Source: Candidatus Eiseniibacteriota bacterium (GTDB lineage: Bacteria > Eisenbacteria > RBG-16-71-46). Taken from it: 64,000 nucleotides of DNA. The translations under genes were made by a program, and so were the position numbers. The stretch is from contig OY970342.1 of assembly GCA_963717505.1 (NCBI GenBank), positions 1,440,001-1,504,000 on the forward strand, in the 5' to 3' direction. This document shows, piece by piece, positions 47,143 to 56,813 of the stretch (its first letter is position 1; each line of letters opens with the position of its first letter). The notes beneath the pieces are model-generated. The model saw only the letters and a list, made by a program, of their open reading frames with translations. It searched no databases and was not told the DNA's origin.

Positions 47143-48733
47143 CACCGCGCTTTTCCAGCGCGTGATCGCGCTCGCGCGCCAAGGCGCCGAGCGCCGAAGG
47201 AATCCGGTCCAGCAGATCCGCCGCCGTCATGCCGAGCACGCCTCGGGCTTCGGCGATTCGGTCGGCGGCGAGTCCGTGCAGGTACGCGCCGAGCCGCGCC
47301 GCGTCGTAGGGCGCGAGCCCCTGGCCGACCAGTGCTGCGATCACCCCGCACAGCACGTCCCCGGTGCCGGCGGTCGCCAACGCCGGACCCCCGCTCGAGT
47401 TGACGGTCGCATGGCCGTCGGGGCGCGCGGTCACGGTCGGCACGCCCTTGAGCACGACCACGGCACCCCAGATCGCCGACCACTTGCGCGCGACCTCGAT
47501 ACGATCACGCTCGATCGCCGCCGGGTCGAGTCCGGTGAGCCGGCTCATCTCGCCGACGTGCGGGGTGACGATGCGCGGCGCCGGCTCGCGGTCCCGGGCC
47601 GGCCTGCGGCCCGCGAACGCGTTCAGGCCATCGGCGTCGATCACCATGGGCACGCGTGCGCGCGCCGCCAGTTGGCGCGCCAGCTCGGCGGAGTCGGAAT
47701 CGCGTGACAGTCCCGAGCCGAGGGCCACGACATCGGACTTCTCCACCAGATCGAGCAGATCGGGCAATGCCGCCAGGCTGAGCGAGCGGCCCGGCGTTTC
47801 CGCGACCGGCACCGTCATCTCTTCGGTCAGCTTGATCTCGAGAATGTCGTTCAAGCTGCGCGGCACCGCCACGCGCACATAGCCGGCGCCGCTGCGCGAG
47901 GCCGCGCGCGCGGCCAACGCCACCGCTCCGGTCAGGCCAACCGATCCGCCGACCACCAGCACCCGCCCGACGCTGCCCTTGTGCGCCAGGGGCGGGCGGC
48001 GCGGCACCAGGTCCGCCATTTCCGGACTGTGCGCGATCTCGACCCGGCGCTCGGGATCGTCGTCGGCCCCCGAGCGATCCACGAGTCCGATGTCGACCAC
48101 TTCGAGCGCGCCGACGAAGGCGCGCGCTGGGTAAAGCCAGTGCCCGCGTTTCGGGAAACCGAAGGTCACGGTGAGGTCGGCGCGCACCGCACGCCGCGCG
48201 ATGGCGCCGGTGTCGGCGTCGACGCCGGTGGGCAGGTCGACCGCGATCACGTGCGTGCCCGCGTCGTCGAGCTGGCGCAAGGCCTCGACGCCTTCCGCCA
48301 TCAGGCCTTCGGGCTCGCCGCGAGCGCCGGTGCCGAGCAGGGCGTCGATCGCGAAGTCCCAGGCGTCGCGCGCCGCGCGCATGCCGTCGATGCCGGCGGC
48401 GTCAGCCAGGGCGTGCGCGCGGATGCCAGCAGCCTCCATCCGCTCGAGCTGGGTGCGGGCGTCGCCGCGCACGCGGTCGCGTGCGCCGAGCAGGCCGACG
48501 TGGACTTCGGCGCCGCGCGCCGCCAGGAAGCGGGCGACCACGAAACCATCGCCGCCGTTGTTGCCGGTGCCGCACAGCACGAGCACCCGATAGCCCAGCA
48601 TCGGGCCAAAGTGACGCTCGACGGCTGCCGCCACTCCGGCGCCCGCGCGCTCCATGAGATCGACGCCCGGAGTACCACCGTCGATGGTCGCGCGGTCGAG
48701 CCGCCGCATCTCCTCGGCGGTGACGAGTCGCAT
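47060..48733 (-). CDS. nnr: Bifunctional NAD(P)H-hydrate epimerase/dehydratase
   Basis: LMERAG, GNNGGDG, DALLGTG, AVDLPTG; HKG..G, DADGLN, TPHVGEM, LATAGTGDVL. Confidence 0.93.
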   Translation of the reverse strand: MRLVTAEEMRRLDRATIDGGTPGVDLMERAGAGVAAAVERHFGPMLGYRVLVLCGTGNNGGDGFVVARFLAARGAEVHVGLLGARDRVRGDARTQLERMEAAGIRAHALADAAGIDGMRAARDAWDFAIDALLGTGARGEPEGLMAEGVEALRQLDDAGTHVIAVDLPTGVDADTGAIARRAVRADLTVTFGFPKRGHWLYPARAFVGALEVVDIGLVDRSGADDDPERRVEIAHSPEMADLVPRRPPLAHKGSVGRVLVVGGSVGLTGAVALAARAASRSGAGYVRVAVPRSLNDILEIKLTEEMTVPVAETPGRSLSLAALPDLLDLVEKSDVVALGSGLSRDSDSAELARQLAARARVPMVIDADGLNAFAGRRPARDREPAPRIVTPHVGEMSRLTGLDPAAIERDRIEVARKWSAIWGAVVVLKGVPTVTARPDGHATVNSSGGPALATAGTGDVLCGVIAALVGQGLAPYDAARLGAYLHGLAADRIAEARGVLGMTAADLLDRIPSALGALARERDHALEKRGATGAAGPSPGSPAWGRRPSGAPPLRHP

Positions 48734-48748
48734 GGGAGGTTCGACGCC

Positions 48749-49075
48749 CTAGCGCCGGCGCTGGCGGGTGCGCGCCTCGGACGCCAGGTCCTTCATCAGC
48801 TGCTCGCGGTACTCCGCCAGCCTGGCGATCGTTTCGGGCAGGGCCCCATCGGCCGAGATGAACGGCAGGTCGAACAACTCGGGATCGGCCTCCTGTTCGG
48901 TGTAGATGCGCTCCTGCTCGTGGCGCTGGAAGCTCGCCGCCTTCTCGATGGTGTCGAAGGTCTTTCCGGGCATGAACTTCTTGTTGAACACGTCGAAGAC
49001 GTAGACATGATAATGACCATCGATCTTGCCGGTCCCCTCGGGAGGCTGATGGACCTTGGTCTTCGCAGCCTTCAC
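48749..49075 (-). CDS. Hypothetical protein
   Basis: 108 aa with protein-like composition; GTGA overlap with HAD gene. Confidence 0.65.
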   Translation of the reverse strand: MKAAKTKVHQPPEGTGKIDGHYHVYVFDVFNKKFMPGKTFDTIEKAASFQRHEQERIYTEQEADPELFDLPFISADGALPETIARLAEYREQLMKDLASEARTRQRRR

Positions 49076-49776
49076 GGTTTTCCCCCTATGTGCGGTTGCT
49101 GGTTCAGTTGGTCCACGATGCGGACCAGTTCGAAGACGTCATCGATGTCGTGGTCGGCCCCGGATTGCTGGGTCTCGAACGTGTCTCCGTAACGCGCGAA
49201 CACCGTGCGCATCCCGAGGCTCTTGCCGCCGACTACGTCGCGCTCGGCCCAGTCGCCGACCATCAGCGCCTCGCCGGCGCCGACGCCCAGGCGCTCGAGC
49301 ACCCGGCGAAACGGCGCCGGATTCGGCTTGCGCTCGCCGGTGTCGTCGAAGGTGACCACCGCGTCGAACACGTGCTGGAGCGACAGCGAGCAGAGTCGCA
49401 GCCAGACCTGCGCTTGCGGCGCGTCCGACACCACGCCCAGCTTGATGCCGCGCTTGGTCAGCTCGAGCAGCGTCATGTGGACGTGGGGGTAGAGCACCAG
49501 CGCCGATTCCCGGCCGCGGCGGTAGGCGACGATTCCCGAGGCCAGGATCTTGGGGTCGATCCGTCCCAGCTCGCTTTCGAGCAGTTCGTCGAACACGCGC
49601 TGGTACTCGAGCCCCTGGGCCTGATAGATGCGGTCGATCCGCTCGCGCACCGCCTCGCGCGGCAGCGCCAGGCCGGCGTCGATCATGCCGTCGATCGCCG
49701 CATTCACCGCGTCGGCCTTCATCTTCATGAAGTCGACCAGGGTGTTGTCTAGGTCGAAGACGATGGCGCGGATCAC
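49072..49776 (-). CDS. HAD-superfamily hydrolase (subfamily IA)
   Basis: FDLDNTL motif I, VVSD motif II, KP motif III, VGDW.ERD motif IV; GTG start 49776. Confidence 0.9.
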   Translation of the reverse strand: MIRAIVFDLDNTLVDFMKMKADAVNAAIDGMIDAGLALPREAVRERIDRIYQAQGLEYQRVFDELLESELGRIDPKILASGIVAYRRGRESALVLYPHVHMTLLELTKRGIKLGVVSDAPQAQVWLRLCSLSLQHVFDAVVTFDDTGERKPNPAPFRRVLERLGVGAGEALMVGDWAERDVVGGKSLGMRTVFARYGDTFETQQSGADHDIDDVFELVRIVDQLNQQPHIGGKP

Positions 49777-49825
49777 GCCACGACCCGGCGTTCGAGCGGA
49801 GGAATTCTGCGGCCGCAGCCCTGAC

Positions 49826-50017
49826 TCACTTGGTGGAGATCCCGATCGTGCGCCCCAGGCTGATCTCGCCGTTGTCGATGCGGACGTTGAAGCCGCAGGC
49901 CGGGTTGCTGCAGACCCAGGCCTTGTAGTTGATCGGAGCACCATCCCGACCGTAGTCCGACAGCGGCAGCAACACGCCGTCATTGCACTTCCGGCAATCC
50001 GGGAATCCCGATTCCAT
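49826..50017 (-). CDS. Small zinc-ribbon protein
   Basis: 63 aa with CRKC...CSNPAC; GGAGGTG RBS. Confidence 0.75.
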   Translation of the reverse strand: MESGFPDCRKCNDGVLLPLSDYGRDGAPINYKAWVCSNPACGFNVRIDNGEISLGRTIGISTK

Positions 50018-50088
50018 CCCACACCTCCCTAAGACCTACGCCCCGTCGACGAAGCGACCGGCATTGTAGGCCAGCCCGGCGGCGGTCG

Positions 50089-50817
50089 TCACGGCGAAGG
50101 CTCCGCGGCCGCCGGCGTTGCCAGCAGATTCGTGACGTCGTCCGCGGGGCGCTCGCACGGCCGCCCTTCGCCGTGCAGGTAGTGCGCGCGCGTGCGCGAC
50201 AAATGGACGACGGAGTACGACACGGTCGCCATGCGGCCGTCGTGGATGCACACGGCCGGCGGGTCGTGCTCGGCGAGCCGGGCGATCAGGCCGGCCTCGG
50301 CCTCGGCGGCCGAGTCCGGTTGCCATCCGGAGATCTCGCGCATCAATCGCGCGGTCCGCGGCTCGGTCGGATCGTCGAGATCGGCGTGGGTGAGGACGTG
50401 CCAGCCGGGGCCAATCTCCTGCCAGCGCGCGACCCCGTCCCACGCCAACAGCCAGGACCTCGTGGGCTCCAGCACGACCAGCGTGAATGGCGCGTAGGAC
50501 GCTTCGCGCAGGGCCGAGGCGGCCCGTTCGCGCGGGTGATCGGCGGCCGCGACGTTGAGGGTCAGGAGTCCACGCGAGCGCTGGGCCACTGGCAATCGCC
50601 CGGCCGGACGCCGGTTGAGCATCGCGACCGCCCGCTCCCGGCCGCGCACCGCGAGCCAGGTGCCCCCGGCGACCCCGTCGCGCCCGCCGACCACTCGCGG
50701 CTCGCGCAGCAGGACCCCCGGTGGTAAGGATGGCCGAGCCGGATCCTCGTCGCGGTTGGCGGCCAGGATCACCGAATCCGGCTCGAGAACGTCTCGGCCG
50801 ACGATCAGGGTGCACAT
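50089..50817 (-). CDS. NRDE/TANGO2 family protein
   Basis: N-terminal MCT, AANRDE..RP, GGRD..AGGTWL, SRGLL. Confidence 0.9.
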   Translation of the reverse strand: MCTLIVGRDVLEPDSVILAANRDEDPARPSLPPGVLLREPRVVGGRDGVAGGTWLAVRGRERAVAMLNRRPAGRLPVAQRSRGLLTLNVAAADHPRERAASALREASYAPFTLVVLEPTRSWLLAWDGVARWQEIGPGWHVLTHADLDDPTEPRTARLMREISGWQPDSAAEAEAGLIARLAEHDPPAVCIHDGRMATVSYSVVHLSRTRAHYLHGEGRPCERPADDVTNLLATPAAAEPSP

Positions 50818-50859
50818 GGGCCAACTCTAGGCGGCCGCCGCGAGGGTGCAAGCCGGCCA

Positions 50860-50888
50860 TTGATCGGCCGCTCCGGGGCCCATAGAAT
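50860..50888 (+). promoter_or_regulatory. Sigma70-type promoter for the envelope operon
   Basis: TTGATC (50860-50865)-17 bp-TAGAAT (50883-50888). Confidence 0.6.
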
Positions 50889-50940
50889 CGGGGGCTCGCA
50901 TTCCACCCCAAGCCGTTCCCCCAGCGGCAGGAGCCCACCG

Positions 50941-53304
50941 ATCCCCAGGTTCGTTCGAAAGCTCATCGCCGCGATCGCCGTCGCCGCGGTGTTTCTGCCT
51001 GCCCAGCCTGCGGGCGCCTTCCTCGACATCGAGAACCGCGGCCCGACGCTGACCGCCGGCGGTTTCGCCCTGCGGGTCACCAATGTCGGCGTCCTCGGCA
51101 ACGCGTTTTTCGACAATGGGCTCTCGAACGACAGTTCGTTCGAGATCCGCCCCGGGTCCGGGGCGGAGGCGTTGAACCATGCCGCCCTGTGGGTGGGTGG
51201 CCTGGACGAACGCGGTGCGCCGCGGGTGTCGGGCGGTCCGGTGCTCGAGTGGCGGCCGACCCTCGATCCCGAAGACCGGGTGCGCGGCGCCAACAAGGGA
51301 CGGCCCGGGACCCGGCGACTGGTCGACGACGACGGCGACGCTCTTGCCGACGAAGAAGCTCTCGACAATCGGGACAACGACGGCGACGGCGAGGTCGACG
51401 AGGACCTCGGCTTGTTCTCCGAGCACATGATGTCGGCGGTCTACGTGGATGATCGTCCCGAGGCTGTCCAGTACGTGTACGAGGGCGGGGAGCAACACAA
51501 GCCGTTCGGCCTGACCGTGCTGCAGGAAGCCTATGCGTGGAATGCGCCGGGGTATGAAGGCATCGCAGGGCTGTCGTTCACGATCACGAATCACGGTGAC
51601 CGGCGGATCGAAGGCGTGCGCCTAGGGTTCTTCGCCGATCTCGACTCGCGCGACCGTAACAACGCGAGCGGGCACCTGAACGACCGCATCTCCACCCAGA
51701 GCTACTCGCGAGAGGTGATCGACGGGACGTACTCGATGTCGTTGGGCGGGAGCTTCTGCGGCCAGGGCACCCCACCGGCGCCCTGTCCGCCGGTGACCTG
51801 CTCCGAGGAGCTCGAGCAGACCGTGACCGTGCTCTCGGATTTCAGCCAGGACAATGGCTTGCCGACGGTCGCGGTCGTGCCCCTCTACCACACCATAGAT
51901 CCGCTCGCGAGCATCACACCGGTGCGCAGCTACGCGCGGGCCCCCGCGCGTGTGAGCTTCCAGACTTCGGTGTTCGCGCGCGGCCGCTCGCCGCGCCAAG
52001 GCGGATTGCCGTCGACTGATGCCGAACGCTACGAGGCGCTGCGGGGAGTCTTCCCACAAGCCAATACCACGGGAGCCGACGATTACGCGGTGCTGGTGTC
52101 GTGCGGTCCGTTCCCGACGCTGGGGCCCGGCGAGAGCCTCGAGCTGCACGTGGCGCTGGTCGGAACCCTCAGTCCAGACAGCCTCGAGCTGCTCATGGGC
52201 AACGCCGCTGCCGTCGAACGCGGGCGCTTCCTCAACCTGATTCCGGATTCACTGCCGCCGCCCTACCCCAACGACTGGAACAATGGCATCAGCGGCAAGG
52301 CGGGCCACGAAGCGTGTGTCGATGCGCCGGTGCCGTTCATGTGGGATCCGCATTGCACGGGAAAGTTCGATCCGAACCTCGGATTCGTGGCCGTCGACGA
52401 GTTCTACACGCCGGGCAACTGCATCTGGACCGACGCCGACTGCGACCTGTGCACCGGCTTCGGCGGCAACGAAACCCACCAATTCTGGCTGGACCCGAGC
52501 GATCTGCCGGTGCCGCCCAGCCTGCGCATCGTGCCCGGCGACCATCGGCTCAGGATCGAGTGGGACAACGTGCCCGAGGTGCTGGCCAACGCCCAGCTCA
52601 CCGGCCCGCGCGGCGGCAAGTTCGCCGGCTACCGGGTGTACAAGGCGGCCGACTGGCGCGGGCGCAGCTCGCTGCTGCCGCCGCGCGAGAACTGGGCGCT
52701 GCTCGGCTCGTTCTCGAACGACTCGACCTTCAGCCAGCAGAAGCTCTCGACGGTCACCGACACCACCCTCGACTACGTGCGCATCGCCTACGAGCAGCCG
52801 CTCTACCCGATGGGGCGCTACTACGTCGACGACCCGGAAGTGCTGAACGGGTTCGACTACGGGTACTTCGTGTCGGCGGTGGTGGCGTTCGACATCGAGG
52901 TCGGACAGAGCATCCGGCGGGTGGAATACGAGAGTGCGTTCACGCCGAGCTTCTCGCAGATCGAGCGGCCGAACGTGGCGTCGCGCGACCGGGCGGGGCA
53001 GGTGTGGGTGGTGCCGAACCCGTTCCGAGCGCGAGAGACGTGGGACCGGCCGCCGGTGATCGGGGACCAGCTGACGCGGCACGTCGACTTCATGGGGCTG
53101 CCTCGGGCCCAGTGCACGATCAAGATCTGGACGGTGTCGGGGGACCACGTGCAGACGATCCACCACGATGGGACCAACGGCGACGGACAGGCGCCGTGGG
53201 ACCTGATCTCGCGCAACGGACAGGAGTGCGAATCGGGGATCTACCTGTTCACCATCGACTCGCCGGTCGGGCAGCAAACCGGCAAGTTCATCATCATTCG
53301 ATGA
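50941..53304 (+). CDS. Large secreted protein with Asp-rich Ca-binding motif, FN3-like region and T9SS-like C-terminal domain
   Basis: Signal peptide RFVRKLIAAIAVAAVFLPAQPAGA; DDDGD..ADEE..DN.DNDGDG.VDED; FAGYRVYK; VWVVPNPF...IKIWTVSGD.V..I.H...WDL..NGQ..ESGIYLF...GKFIIIR; start uncertain (ATC 50941 or TTG 50860). Confidence 0.8.
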   Translation: MPRFVRKLIAAIAVAAVFLPAQPAGAFLDIENRGPTLTAGGFALRVTNVGVLGNAFFDNGLSNDSSFEIRPGSGAEALNHAALWVGGLDERGAPRVSGGPVLEWRPTLDPEDRVRGANKGRPGTRRLVDDDGDALADEEALDNRDNDGDGEVDEDLGLFSEHMMSAVYVDDRPEAVQYVYEGGEQHKPFGLTVLQEAYAWNAPGYEGIAGLSFTITNHGDRRIEGVRLGFFADLDSRDRNNASGHLNDRISTQSYSREVIDGTYSMSLGGSFCGQGTPPAPCPPVTCSEELEQTVTVLSDFSQDNGLPTVAVVPLYHTIDPLASITPVRSYARAPARVSFQTSVFARGRSPRQGGLPSTDAERYEALRGVFPQANTTGADDYAVLVSCGPFPTLGPGESLELHVALVGTLSPDSLELLMGNAAAVERGRFLNLIPDSLPPPYPNDWNNGISGKAGHEACVDAPVPFMWDPHCTGKFDPNLGFVAVDEFYTPGNCIWTDADCDLCTGFGGNETHQFWLDPSDLPVPPSLRIVPGDHRLRIEWDNVPEVLANAQLTGPRGGKFAGYRVYKAADWRGRSSLLPPRENWALLGSFSNDSTFSQQKLSTVTDTTLDYVRIAYEQPLYPMGRYYVDDPEVLNGFDYGYFVSAVVAFDIEVGQSIRRVEYESAFTPSFSQIERPNVASRDRAGQVWVVPNPFRARETWDRPPVIGDQLTRHVDFMGLPRAQCTIKIWTVSGDHVQTIHHDGTNGDGQAPWDLISRNGQECESGIYLFTIDSPVGQQTGKFIIIR

Positions 53305-54545
53305 GAGGACGCTCGAATTTAGGCGCCGCGTCCGGGATCGGCGCGGTGCGGGCGGCCCTGCTGGCCCTGGGGATCCTGGCCCTGGGCGGCTGCGGCAAGG
53401 ATGCCACGGCACCGCTCGCCCCGGTCGTCATGCCGCCCGAGATCGTCGAGGTGTTCCCGCCGGCGCGCAGCACCGGGATCCCGTACGAGACCACGATCCG
53501 AGTGCGCTTCAAGACGCCGATCGTGCCGACCAGCGCTAATCCCACGACGGTGTTCCTCAAGATCGACACGCGCCGAATCCCGATCTCGTTCAGCTTCAGC
53601 GACTCGAATCGCGTCGTGACTCTGAGACCGCAACGCGACCTCGACCTGCGGCGCACCCACACGGTGGAGATCACCACCAAGGTGAAGACCACGGAGGGGG
53701 GCACGCTCAGCCAGCTCTACTACTGGCAGTTCCGCACCACCTCGGTTCGGCACGTCGAGCAGCCGCTGCCCAGGAACGGATTCGGCACCGAGGGCCCGTT
53801 CGCGCCGCTCTGCTGGCGCGCAACCGAGTCCTCGGCGGGACCGGTTGCTTACACCGCGTACGTTTCGACCGATTCGGCCCAAGTCGCAACCGGAACCGTG
53901 GACCCGATCAACGTCGGCTCGGCGTACCTGCTGCCGCCCCTCGGCCGGTGGAATTTCGACACGCGCTACTACTGGCGCGTGGAGGCGCGCAACGTCCAAA
54001 CCGGCGACTACGAGGAAGGCCCGGTGTGGAGCTTCAAAACCCTACCCGAGAACACGCCCACAGCCGTGGTGCTCGTCGGTCTGCGCGACTCGGGAACCTG
54101 GGACGACCGGCCGCAATTCCGGCGCTGGCGCTGCCCCGACATCCTGTCCGGGGCACAGCTCGGCTCGGTCCTGCGTTTCAGAATCGAGACGCTCGACTCC
54201 AATCTGGTGGTCGCCGACGCCAGGATCGAGGCCGGGGCCTCGGCGATCATCACCGATCATGGTCCGGCGATCTACGAATTGGATCAACCGACCGCGCCCT
54301 GCGATGGCATCACCACCGGGATGCCGCTCGCCAACAGTTACCTGTCGCCGGGCGAACCGCAGCCGACGGGGGCCATCCACTTCAAGACCGCGAACCTGAT
54401 CTCGCGCATCCAGGGGCGCATCCGCCGCCAGCCGTATTTCCTCGACTACTCGCTCAAGTCGACTCGGGGACTCACGTTCTCGGTGCCTTCGGTCATCGTC
54501 TGGGTTTCCTACTATCAGCTGCCACCGCCGCCCGCGACCCGCTAG
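53301..54545 (+). CDS. Lipoprotein with Ig-like (Big_5-like) and FN3-like domains
   Basis: Lipobox LALGGC; PPEIVEVFP...I.V.F..P, YYWQFRT, YYWRVEA..GPVWSFKT; ATGA overlap. Confidence 0.75.
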   Translation: MRGRSNLGAASGIGAVRAALLALGILALGGCGKDATAPLAPVVMPPEIVEVFPPARSTGIPYETTIRVRFKTPIVPTSANPTTVFLKIDTRRIPISFSFSDSNRVVTLRPQRDLDLRRTHTVEITTKVKTTEGGTLSQLYYWQFRTTSVRHVEQPLPRNGFGTEGPFAPLCWRATESSAGPVAYTAYVSTDSAQVATGTVDPINVGSAYLLPPLGRWNFDTRYYWRVEARNVQTGDYEEGPVWSFKTLPENTPTAVVLVGLRDSGTWDDRPQFRRWRCPDILSGAQLGSVLRFRIETLDSNLVVADARIEAGASAIITDHGPAIYELDQPTAPCDGITTGMPLANSYLSPGEPQPTGAIHFKTANLISRIQGRIRRQPYFLDYSLKSTRGLTFSVPSVIVWVSYYQLPPPPATR

Positions 54546-54558
54546 AGTCCGTCCAAGA

Positions 54559-55698
54559 ATGAAGCAACTGGCTCTGGTCCTCCTGGTGGCGGCGCTCGCG
54601 GGCGCGGCCTTCGTGCCGCCCGGCCCCGTGCGCGCACAGACTCGCGCCTCCGGCGTGCGGCCGTGGACTCCCCCCGGCGCCGACACGATTCAGGTGTGGG
54701 CGGCCGAAGTGCGGGCGGCCCTGCGGGCCCAGCCCACGGACTCGATCGATGCCGCCACCAAGACGGCATACGACCGCCTGGGCGGCATCGCGTGGCGATT
54801 CCTGCGCTCTCTCGGCCGTGCACGAGTCGGCGAGATCGCGGCGGTCGAGTCGGCGCTCGATTCGCTCGGCTTCGACACCGACCTGGTCGCCGATCCCGTG
54901 ATTTCGAGCTTCGTGTTCCTGGTGGCGCGCAATCCCCATCGGTTGGACGCGCACGCTATGGGCTACTTCTTCTGGTATCGGGGCGACCGCCTGATGATGC
55001 AGGCGATGGCGCTGCCGGGTGGCCGCAAGCCCCTGTTCCGCGTGTGGTGGAACAACGAGGCCGAGGCCCCGTATGTGTGGGGTCTGTTGGACCGGGCGCG
55101 CGACGGCCGAATGGGAATGCACCTCCTGCGAATGACCTCCGACGGTGGATTCTGGCGGCCATTCCAGTGGCCGGGGCACGGCCCGGACCTCGACGGGGCG
55201 TACGAGGCAGTCTGGGTGGACCTCGATCGCGACCTGCGCCCCGAGCTCAAGACTTGGTCGCGCGCGACGCCCGATCCGTTGTTCGCCGAGTGCCCGGGTT
55301 GCCCCCCGCGGCTGATCGAGCGAACCTACGCCGATCGCCGCCGCGCCGGGTTCGAGCTGATCGAGAATCGGGTGATGGCGACGCCGTACGCGACGTTCAC
55401 CGACTTCGTCCGTGCGCTCGTGAATCAGGATCGGTCGGCGGCCGCGCGCTGTGTGGCGAAGCCGCAACTGGTCGACGAGGCGCGCAAGCTGGGCTGGGGG
55501 TCGCGACGCGCCGATAGTACTTGGGCGCTCGAACGCTTCGAGCAGGAACGCTGGCCGCGGTGGCTGGGCCTCAAGTTCTCGAGCTCGAGCGGGCCGAAGC
55601 GCTACGTGGTCCGCTTCACCGAAGAGGACGGACGATGGCTGATCGAGAGCTGGACTCAGGCCGCCGCGGACTCGACCGCGGCCGGCCAGCGCGAGTGA
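54559..55698 (+). CDS. Hypothetical exported protein with ECxxCP motif (paralogue A)
   Basis: Sec signal peptide; FAECPGCP; colinear similarity to the next gene. Confidence 0.75.
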   Translation: MKQLALVLLVAALAGAAFVPPGPVRAQTRASGVRPWTPPGADTIQVWAAEVRAALRAQPTDSIDAATKTAYDRLGGIAWRFLRSLGRARVGEIAAVESALDSLGFDTDLVADPVISSFVFLVARNPHRLDAHAMGYFFWYRGDRLMMQAMALPGGRKPLFRVWWNNEAEAPYVWGLLDRARDGRMGMHLLRMTSDGGFWRPFQWPGHGPDLDGAYEAVWVDLDRDLRPELKTWSRATPDPLFAECPGCPPRLIERTYADRRRAGFELIENRVMATPYATFTDFVRALVNQDRSAAARCVAKPQLVDEARKLGWGSRRADSTWALERFEQERWPRWLGLKFSSSSGPKRYVVRFTEEDGRWLIESWTQAAADSTAAGQRE

Positions 55699-56813
55699 GG
55701 CGGGTCGGGCCGGGCCTTCGCGGCGAGCGCGCCGCCGGCGCGGCCACGTGGCTACTCGCCGTGATCGTCGTCGCCGGAACGTTGTGCGGCTGCGAGCGCC
55801 AGGTGACGCTGGTCGATCGCGGATCCGACTCGACCGGGACGGGGGGCACCGACTCCCTGACCTTCCTGCTGCGCCGGGTGCCCGAGGCGTGGGAAGGCGG
55901 CGTCGACGATCTGGGTGCGGCGCGAATCACGGCTCAGGCCGTCCGCCAGGATCTCGGCCGGCGCGATCCCTCCGAATGGCCCCGCCGCGCCAAGTACCTG
56001 CTCGATTCGCTCAGTGTCGGCGTCGAGATCGCGGGCGAGCCGTGCGGCCTGGTGATCAACCTGTTCCTGCGATCGGACCCCGGCCGCGGATCGTGGCCGT
56101 TCCTCATCTGGTGTCGCGACGATCCGACGGCACCCCAGCTGGTCGAGCTGGAGGGCCGCGGACTGCGCCTGACCGCGGCACGCGTCCGGCGCACCACCGC
56201 GGCGATCGATCTGGGCGGCGCCCAGTCCGGCGGGGGCGACCTCGTGGCTGGCCTATTCGGGCGCGCCCGCGGTCCACGCCAGGAGCCGATGCTGTTCGTG
56301 TGGAGCCGGACCGGCGACCAATGGAAGATCGTGCAGACCCTCGGGGCCGACTCGCTCGGCGGCTTCGGCGAGGGACGTTTCGAATCCGAGGGCGGGCCGA
56401 TTGACCTGGTGGTGCGCACCTACCGCGCGCGCGCCGGATTCGACGAGTGCCTGACCTGCCCGCACCTGTGGTGGACGCATCGCTTCACCTGGGGCGACGT
56501 CGGGTTCGACCGGGTCGAATCCAAGCAGGAATTCTCGACCTACACGACCCTGGTGCGCTTCCTCGACGCGCTCGAAACCCGCGAGGTGAATCCGGCGTTG
56601 TTCGCGACCGGGTCCGCGGTGGTCGATCTCGCGCGCTCGTTCGAGTGGGACGTTCCCAAGGGCGCGTGGCGCGTGGCGCCCGGCAGCGAGACGGGGGGCC
56701 TCGAACTGATCGTCTATCGCGGCCCGCAGGAGAGTTACAAGGTCACCTTCGAGCCGCGCGTCGGCGACTGGCTGGTGTCAGGAATCGAATCGGTGCCGCG
56801 GTCGATCGAATGA
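55695..56813 (+). CDS. Hypothetical lipoprotein with ECxxCP motif (paralogue B)
   Basis: Lipobox-like TLCGC; FDECLTCP; GTGA overlap. Confidence 0.75.
   Translation: MRRVGPGLRGERAAGAATWLLAVIVVAGTLCGCERQVTLVDRGSDSTGTGGTDSLTFLLRRVPEAWEGGVDDLGAARITAQAVRQDLGRRDPSEWPRRAKYLLDSLSVGVEIAGEPCGLVINLFLRSDPGRGSWPFLIWCRDDPTAPQLVELEGRGLRLTAARVRRTTAAIDLGGAQSGGGDLVAGLFGRARGPRQEPMLFVWSRTGDQWKIVQTLGADSLGGFGEGRFESEGGPIDLVVRTYRARAGFDECLTCPHLWWTHRFTWGDVGFDRVESKQEFSTYTTLVRFLDALETREVNPALFATGSAVVDLARSFEWDVPKGAWRVAPGSETGGLELIVYRGPQESYKVTFEPRVGDWLVSGIESVPRSIE

Noticed and set aside
52101-53300. N-terminal extension of the second 814-aa ORF and many other long Arg/Ala/Pro-rich alternative or antisense ORFs
   Set aside because: Typical shadow ORFs of high-GC coding DNA; they overlap genes with clear family motifs.
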